In this document: in pieces, positions 54,991 through 64,000 of the stretch
Numbering within the stretch: position 1 is the stretch's first letter
Layout of the letters: each line of letters begins with the position of its first letter
The notes under the pieces: model-generated
Seen by the model: the letters and a program-made list of their open reading frames with translations, nothing else
Told to the model about the DNA's origin: nothing
The model's database searches: none
Made by a program: the position numbers and the translations under genes
Assembly: GCF_009914755.1 (NCBI RefSeq)
Contig: NC_060930.1
Direction: 5' to 3' (one strand)
Length of the DNA stretch: 64,000 nt
Source of the DNA: the human T2T-CHM13v2.0 reference genome, Homo sapiens

Positions 54991-56140
54991 AGAAATTATT
55001 CAAAGACTATACTACTGCACCAACCCAGAATCAAAGCCAAAACACTACCCAACCAACACTATAAATACATCTATAGGAAAACGTTGACGATGAGCCAATC
55101 CATAAAAATGGAAGAAGTGACTGTTACACCAGATGCACAGATATCAACATAAGGACACACGGAACATAAAAAAGCAAGAAAATGACATCTTTAGAGAAAC
55201 ACAATTATTCTCCAGTAACAGATTTTAAATAAAATGAAATCTATAAAAATAATTTAAAATAATAATTCAAAATAATATTAAATTGGTTTAGTAAGATACA
55301 AGAAAAAACATGCAAACAATACAAAGAAGTCAGGGAAACAATTTATAATCTCAGATTGATATCATTAAAGGAATAGAAATTCTGGAACTGAAACTCATTG
55401 AATGAAACAAAAATATAATGGAGAGCTTCAAAAATATATCAAAGCAGAAAAAAAAGGAATTTCTGAACTTTAAAACAGATGTTTTTAAATAACACAGAGA
55501 GAAAAAAAGGAAAGAATAAAAAAAGATGGTGTTCCTGATGTATGGGGAATGACAAAGTGAACAAATATTTAAATTATGGAAATTCCAAAAGAATGAAAAA
55601 TAGCAAAGGCATAGAAACCCTCTTTAACAAAATAATGGCTAAAAAATGCTAAGTCTTGAAAGAGATATAGACATCCAGATACAGAAAGCTCAAAGATTCC
55701 CAAATATATTCAACTCCAAAACTTATTTGTCAAGGAAGTTATAGTCAAACTGTAAAAAGTCAAAAACAAAGAAATAATTCTAAAAACAGTAAGTGAAAAG
55801 CATCAAGTCACATATAAAGGAATCTCCATCTGGCTAAAAGCAGATCTCTCAGCAGAAACTGTACAAGTCATGAGAGAATGGAAAGATATATTCAAAGTGC
55901 TGAAAGACAAAAATTATCTGGCAAGAATACTACACCCAGAAAGCTATTCTTCAAAAATTAAGGAAAAATGAAATCTTTCCTGAAAACTGAGGGAATTCAC
56001 CGCCAGTTGACTGCCCTGACAAAGCTGGAAGTAAGAGAATGACACTTACCATTGTGAAAATACAAGAAAGTAAAGCTCACTGGAAAAACAAACACAACAT
56101 GGACAAGGAGAAGAGTCAAATGATATCACTACAGAGAATG

Positions 56141-56254
56141 ATCAATCCACAGTGATAAACAATAGGAAAGAAAGGAAGAAACAAAAGATATATAAAACAA
56201 TCAATCCACAGTGATAAACAATAGGAAAGGAAGAAACAAAAGATATATAAAACA
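56141..56254. repeat. Tandem duplication (59 bp + 55 bp)
   Basis: atcaatccacagtgataaacaataggaaag(aaag)gaagaaacaaaagatatataaaaca twice; copies differ only by a 4-bp indel. Confidence 0.93.
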
Positions 56255-59237
56255 AATGACAGATGAAGACAGAATAAGTTCTTATCTATCAACAATAGCT
56301 TTGAATGTAAATGGATGAAATTCACCACTTAAAAGAAGCAGGCTAGCTGAATGGTTAAAAAATTATATGCTACCTACAAGAAACTCACTTTATTTGTAAA
56401 GAAACGTAGATTGAAAATGAAGGGATGGAAAAATTATTACACAAAAACGAAAAACAAAAGTGAGTGTGAGTAGCTATACATATCAGATAAAACAAACTTT
56501 AAGTCAAAAACCCTAAAAAGAGACAAATAAAGCCATTATATAATAGTAAAAGGATCAATCCAGCAAGAATATATAACAATTCTAAATATACATGCACCCA
56601 ACACTGGAGGACTCAGATATATAAAGTAGATAGTATTACATCTAAAAAGAGAGGGAGAGATAGACTGATACAATAATAGTTGGGGAATTCAACAACGACT
56701 CTCAGCATTGGTTACATCGTTTACAGAGAAAATCAACAAACACTAGTTTTAAACTACCCTATAGATCAATAGACCAAACAGATATTTAAAGAATACTTTT
56801 CTTTAGCTGCAGAATATATGTACATCAGCCTATGGAACATTCATCAGAATAAACCATACATTAATCCACAAAACAAGTCTTAGCACACTTTTTCAAATCA
56901 AAATAATATAAAGTAAGGCCACAATGGAATAAAATTAGAACTCAGTAACAAGAGTAATTTTGTAAATGGTACAAATACAAGGAAATTAAACCACAGATCC
57001 TGAACAACAATTGGGACAATAAAGAAATTAAGAAAAAAATAAAATTTTCTTGAAGCAAACGAAAATGGAAATACAATTTATCTAAATGTATGGGATATAG
57101 TAAAAGCAGTGCTAACAGAAAGTTTATGACAATAAATGCCTACATCAAAAAAGGAGAAAAATTTCAAACAAAAAACCTAATGATACACTTGAAAGTGCTA
57201 GAAAAGCAAGAACAAATCAAACTGAAAATCAGCAGAAGAAAATAAAAAAGATTAAAGTAGAAGGGAACAAATAGACACTAAAAAAATACACAGGATCAGC
57301 AGGACAAAAAAGGAGGATTTTTTTTTAATTGATAAACTAGTAGCTAGACAACCAAGAACAAAAAAAGAGGACCCAAATAAACAAAATCAGAAACAAAAAA
57401 GAATACATTTAAAAATGATACCACAGAAATACAAAGGATTATTAGAATGATTATGAACAACTATATGCTAACAAATTGGAAAAGCTAGAGCAAACAAATT
57501 CCTGAACACATACTATCTACTAGGATTGAACTTGAAAGACACAGAAAACCTGAACAGACACATAATAAATAATGAATTTGACTCAGTGATAAAAAGTTTT
57601 CCAACAAAGAAAAGGCCAGGACCAATGGCTGAATTGCTAAATTCTACCAAACCCTTAACATAGAACTAACGTTAATGCTTCTCAAACTATTACAAAAAAT
57701 TGAAAAGGAGGAATTTTTCCCCTAATTAACTCAATGAGGCCACTGTTACCCTAATACTACAGCCAGAGAAGGACACAACAAAAAACAAAAATGGTTTTAT
57801 TACTGGGGCCAATATCCCTAATAATGTAGATGCAAAAATCCCCACAAAATACTAGCATAATGAATCCATCCAACAATACCATTCAAAAGAGAATACATTT
57901 CTATCAAATGGGATTTATTCCAGGGAGGAAAGGGTGTATCAACATATGCAAATTGATAAATGTGATATATCACATCAACAGGATAATAGACAAAAATCAT
58001 ATGACCATCTCAATAGACATAGAAGGAGCAATTGATAAAATTCAGGGTCCTTTCATGATAAAATTTTAAATAAATTAGATGTAGAAAAAAATTCACTTCA
58101 AAATAATAAAGGTCATCTATGGCAAACCCATAGCTAACATCATACTGAACAGGAAAGAGCTGAAAGCCTTTCCTGTTAGAACTGGGACACCAAAAGTAAG
58201 CTCATTTTCACCATTCTTATTCAACACAGTACTGGAAGTCCTAGCCAGAGCAATCAGGCAAGAAATAAAAGGCATCCAGATTAGAAATAAGGAAATTAAA
58301 TTGTCAATTTTTGCAGATGACATGATTTTTTAAATAGAAAACGTGAAGATTTCACCAAATAACAGGATTGATAATGAAATTCAGTAAGGTTGCAGGATAC
58401 AACATCAACATATAAAAATATGTAGCCTTTCTATACACCAATAATAAACTAGATAAAAAGAAATCAAAAAGCAAATTCCACTTATAATAGCTATGAAAAA
58501 AAATAACTAGAATAACTAGAAAGAAATAACCAAGATAGTCAAAGCCTTTTACAAGGAATACTACAAAACACTGATGAAAAAAATTGAGGAGAAAACACCC
58601 AAATGTATACAATCAATGCTCATGGATCACAAGAATGAATATTGTTAAAATGACCATACTGTCTATAGCAATCTACAGAATCAATGCAATCCCTATAAAA
58701 TATCAATGACATTCTTCACAGAAATAGAAAAGAAATTCTAAAATTTTATGAAACTGCAAAAGATCTCAAACTGCTTTTATGCTTGGTGGAAAGAACACTC
58801 TCTTCAACACATGATGCTGAAAAAACTGGATATCCATATGCAGAAGAATGAAATCAAACCCTTATCCCTCACCATACACAACACTCAATTCAAAATGGAT
58901 TAAAGACTCTAACAGAAGACCCCAAACTATTATACTACCAGAATGAAAAAGGAAAAATATTTCAGGACATTGGTATAGGCATAGAATGTGTGATTCAGAC
59001 TTCAAAGGCACATGAGATAAAAATAAAAGTAGAAAAATAAGACTATTTTAAACTAAATACCTTTTGCCTAGCAAGAGAAACAACAAAATGAAGAGTCAAC
59101 CTACAGAATGGGAAAATATACTTGCAAAATATTCATCTGACAAAGGACTAATACCCAAGTTATTCAAAGGGCTCAAACAACTCGACGACAATAATCCAAA
59201 TAATCCTATTAAAAAGTAAGCAAATGATCGAAATAGC

Positions 59238-59533
<296 letters not shown>

Positions 59534-60813
59534 TCTGAATACACATTTCTTAAAGGAAGAAATAAAAATCACCAAAAGGTATATGAAAAAATGTTCAACA
59601 TCACTAATCACCAAGGTAATGTAAATCAAAAATACAATGAGTTATCATCTCATCCCAGTTAAAATGGCTATTATTAAAACGTCAAAAAATAACAAATGCT
59701 GGTAAGGATGTAGAGAAAAGGAAACTTACACATTATTGAAATATTAATCAGTACTGCCATTATGGTGAACAGAATGGCAGTTTCTTACAAAACTAAAAAG
59801 AGTACTACTATGTGATTCAGCAAGCCCACTGCTGGTTACTCATCCAAAGGAAAGGAAATGGGTATATGAAATGAATATTTTTACCTGCATGTTCATTGCA
59901 GCACTATTTACAATAGCCAAGATATGAAATCAGCCTGTCTGTCAATAAATAAATGAATAAAGAAATGTAGTATATATATGCAATGGGATACTATTTAGTC
60001 ATACATAAAGGATAAATTCCTGTCATTTGCAGCAACGTACATGGAATTAGAGGCCATTTCATTAAGTGACATAAGCCAGACACACGTAGCTGAGTATTTC
60101 ATGTTCTCACTTATATGTAGAAGCTAAAAAACAATTTCATAGAGGTAGAGAGTAGAATAATAGTTACAAGAGGCTAGGTTGGGTGCAAGGGGTGAAGTGA
60201 ACTTGGTTAATAAATAAAAACACAGTTAGATGGAAGGAATAGTTTATATTGCTTGTTAGTACAGTAGGGTGATTATAGTTAACGACAACTTATTTATATG
60301 TCAAAATATTCAAAAAAGAAAGTTTCAAATGTTCCCAACACAAAGAAATAATAAATATTCAAGATGATGTATCCTAAATGCTCTGATTTGATAACATATT
60401 GTATGCATGTATCAATATCCCACATGTACCCCGTTGATGTGTAGCAAGTATTGCATATGAATAGAAATGTTTACAGAAAAGGTTGGAGATACTCAATCTA
60501 TGATGTGTTTGATTAACTTTCAAATGTTGTATCTCATTTCTCTTTGCCAAGCTTGGGAAACTTTACAAAGTCTTTCTCTCCAGTTAGATATTCTTTCTTC
60601 ATCTCCACCCAGTCTATGGTTTTATGCAAACTATTCGTTTTACCAAAAAAAAGTCTATATTTTTGTTCTTGAATTTTTTTCTTTATATTTCATATATTTA
60701 TTTCATGACCTCTTAAATATATTTTTCCCCTTGTCCCTTTGGGAGATTTTAAGTCTATTGATGTATATCCTATACTTCCTCTAATGGGGTTTTCTTTGTT
60801 GAGTCTTTTAGTT

Positions 60814-63519
60814 CAATGGTCCCCAAACTTTTTGACACTGGGACCACTTTCGTGGAAGACATTTTTTCTAGGGACCAAGGGGATGGGCAGGAAATGGTTT
60901 TGTGATGATTGAAGCACATTACATTTATTCTGCACTTTATTTCCATTATTATTACATTGTAATAATATTACATTGAAATAATTATATGAGTCGCCATAAT
61001 GTAGAATGACTGGGAGCTCTGAGATTGTTTTCTTGCAACTAGACAGTCTCATCTGGGAGGGATGGGAGACAGAGATGCCCGAAGTGTCTTGCTTATGTCC
61101 AGTCTACTCTGTAATCTCGTTTTGGTTGCTGTCACTGGAAAACCCTGCTTCACAAAGATATGATGTTGGAAATGGAAGAAGGAAATGTTGGAAATGGAAG
61201 CACTTTTCAGTGCTTTTGTGGAAATCTCAGAATATTTCGTTTTGACTTTAATCCAGAAAAATGGAGATTTGAAGTTTTCTCAAACAGGCTTTTAGGGACA
61301 CCATCATTCGCAATCTCAAGCAGTTGATCCCCTTCTAGCATGAACAAAGTCGACTTACCTGGCTTATTCACAAATGGGTCACGATCCCTTTCTTCCCAGT
61401 TCAGGAGTCTTCTGTGGTTAAGCAGTAATGCTCAAACTCTTTTAAAGCTGAGAGAGATTATCATGCAGCAGCTGGAAAAAAGAAGGCACAGGCTCCGTCT
61501 CTTTCAAAATCTCTGCTGAGGTTTGAAACTCATAAAAAATCCTAATGTTCACCTGTCTCCCCATAATTTTAGTTTGGCTTTGCCACTTTGTCTGCTGACT
61601 TGAACACAGTTACCATTCTCCCCTGAAGTGACAGATTGAGTTTGTTGAGCAGGTTGAATATGTCACACAAGTAAGCAAGTTTTGCGACCCATTCTGTGTC
61701 AATGAAATGTGTTGCCAGTGGTGACTGCTTTTCTGAAATAAAAGAAATCTGGAGTGGCTCCCAGAACTCAAAAACTCTGACCAGTAGTCTGCCTTTAGAA
61801 AGCCATCTCACTTCTGAGTATAAGAGAAAACATGTGTACTCTGTGTCCATCTCCTCACAGAGCTACATGAATACACACGAGTTAAGGGCATGTACTTTAA
61901 TATGGCTGATAATTTTAATCAGATTCTGCAAACTGTTGTTAAGTTCACGTGACATTTTTTGGCTAGCCAGCCTGTCTATAGGGATAACACAGGGTGTAGA
62001 CTCACATTCAGAAGTGCCCTTTTTGACCGGAGTAGTGAAACCAGAAAGCCGTCCAGCCATGGCAGCCACTCCTTCCATGAATATACCAACAGAGAATAAC
62101 CAGTTCAATTTTCCTGATATGTAATAATTCAAAAACTTGAGTAGTTCTGCAGCTGTGGTGTTTGTTGGCCACAAAAATGCACATAACATAATATCATGTA
62201 CATCCTCCCGAAAACAAGCATTGTTGACTTGTGAACGTCTATAGATTTGTCAACCTGAGTTGTATACCATGGTTACTCATTAATCCTCTCTAACAATTGT
62301 GCCTCAATATCCTCCACCATTTCATCAATTCATCCAGTTATGGTGCTAGCCAAAAGAGGAAAACATACCACCTTTTGAACTGCAGCCTCTCCTAAAATTT
62401 CAGGACAAATGTCCTTAGCAGCAGGCAGGATCAACTCTGCACCAATAGTAAAGAGCTTCTTAGCTTCAGCAATGCAGTTAGCCACTAGAGAATGATGCTG
62501 TCAGTGAAGACACATTTGGTGAAGTGGTGGTCTTCAATAACTGTTTCTGTTCTTTGTATTCACATATTTTTTTTCTTTTGAAAAACTTCAAAGGCTTGTC
62601 TTTTAATGCAAGGTGCATGGTCTCCTTGTGGTGAAGCAGTTTTGAACATTTCATGACTTCCTTGGATAGCCAGTCACCACATATTATACAAAACGGGCTG
62701 AGAGAATGTGAATCAACAGTTATGGTGAACCCATAATTTAAGTAGGGCTCTTGGTATTTTCTTTTAAATGCATCTTTCTTTTTCTTGGCAGCCTTAGGGT
62801 TTTCTGCTGTCTTATCATTGGTCTTTCCCCCTTTTCAAATAAGCTCTCCAGTAATGATTGTTTTCCATTTATTTTGGCTAGGATTAGTTTGTGGACTTAC
62901 CAAAACTGTGACTGAGACAAGTGTGTAGTGTGAAAAAGGGGTGCCCATGGAAGCAGTGAAGAAAATAATGAGCAGGTCGTGTGTGGACTAAAATAACTGT
63001 CAGCTTCTGACTTAAAGCCTGCCAACCAGATGCAGCTGCATAATTGAAGTATATCAACTCACTTGCCACTCTAAAACCTGTCACTAGATGCAGCTTGTCA
63101 CCTGCCACTCGCTGATAGAGTTTTGATATGAGTCTGCAAGCAATTGATTTATTATGGTCTCGGTGCAGCCAGGCCTCTCTGCAAATGTTAATCTGTATTT
63201 GCAGCTGCTCCCCAGTGCTAGATTCACTGTCTCAGCTCCACCTGAGATCATCAGGCATTAGATTCTCATAAGCAAAGCACAACCTAGATACCTCAGAGGT
63301 GCAGTTCACAATAGAATTCGCTCTCTTATGAGAATCTAATGTCATTACCGATGACCTGACAGGAGTTGGAGCTCAGGAAGCAAAGCCAGTAATGGGAAGT
63401 GGCTGTAAATACAGATGAAGCTTTCCTACTCAACTATCGCTCACCTCCTGCTGTGCATCCAGGTTCCTAACATGCCAAGGACCAGCACAGGTCCACGGCC
63501 CTGGGGTTTAGGACCCCTA
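60814..63519 (-). mobile_element. Full-length Charlie3 (MER1-family autonomous hAT DNA transposon), about 2.7 kb
   Basis: MER1-type termini caatggtccccaaactttttg and ggggtttaggacccct; 8-bp TSD ttttagtt (60806-60813) / ttttagct (63520-63527); internal transposase remnants. Confidence 0.9.
61006..62872 (-). pseudogene. Disrupted hAT/Buster-type (Charlie) transposase
   Basis: ORF-track peptides LLYSEVRWLSKGRLLVRVFE, LAYLCDIFNLLNKLNLSLQG and LWPTNTTAAELLKFLNYYISG...GVAAMAG are Charlie/ZBED5-like transposase motifs, broken by stops and frameshifts; ends approximate. Confidence 0.88.
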
Positions 63520-64000
63520 TTTTAGCTGATTCTCAGAGCTCTGGAATATATTTTGAGCTTTCCAATATTTATTAGAAGCACCATCCATGGAAGTTTTTCC
63601 AAGAATATCTGTGGAAATGATTTAATGTTGTATTTGCCACGATTCCTTAGAGGGTACAAGTAAAAAATATATCTTACTTTGGTAGCTTATTTCATGATTT
63701 ACATAAGGAAGAACATTACAGACTGTTTAAAAAAACATATTTAAACTCCATTCCAGAAGAAACCTTTGTCCTGACTCCATCCAAGGGCTGGCTGGATGTT
63801 ACTGGTTCACAGACCAAAGGCAACAATATATTAACCTGACCATACCTAGATGTATTAAAGGTTCACAGATATGGTCTCTACCTAGGCAATCTTTTCCACA
63901 GGAAAGGAAGGGAAAATGGATTTTGAGTAAACAGTTAGAAACGATCATTATTTGTAAATAAACATTTAAGCTTCACAACCTTGAATTTGTTTATATTGTG

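Noticed and set aside
61696-62124. 142-aa plus-strand ORF
   Set aside because: Antisense shadow of the Charlie transposase remnant.
63256-63341. Perfect 17-bp inverted repeat (cattagattctcataag / cttatgagaatctaatg)
   Set aside because: Part of the MER1/Charlie3 subterminal structure as I recall the consensus, so not locus-specific.

Overview
AT-rich, CpG-poor primate genomic DNA. Alu, THE1, L1PA and LTR12 point to an anthropoid/catarrhine genome, most likely human. The window looks intergenic or deep-intronic. I found no intact protein-coding gene, RNA gene or CpG island. The ORFs I can assign come from transposon remnants (L1 ORF2, Alu, LTR, hAT transposase) or low-complexity DNA. The window is mostly a layered record of mobile elements: about 10 Alus, several L1s (near full-length L1MA-type, internally deleted L1MA, 5'-inverted L1PA), MaLR and ERV9 solo LTRs, MITEs (MER45, MER58, MER44, MER82, MER113, MADE1) and a full-length 2.7 kb Charlie3 hAT transposon with its TSD. 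The most unusual structure is a perfect, spacer-less 168-bp AT-rich palindrome (48602-48769) inside MER113. Other notable items are a candidate L1 3' transduction of an older L1 tail (46869-47494), a twin-priming L1 inversion and an LTR12 promoter cassette. I cannot support a new biological system. Repeat subfamily names come from recalled consensus sequences and need RepeatMasker/Dfam confirmation.
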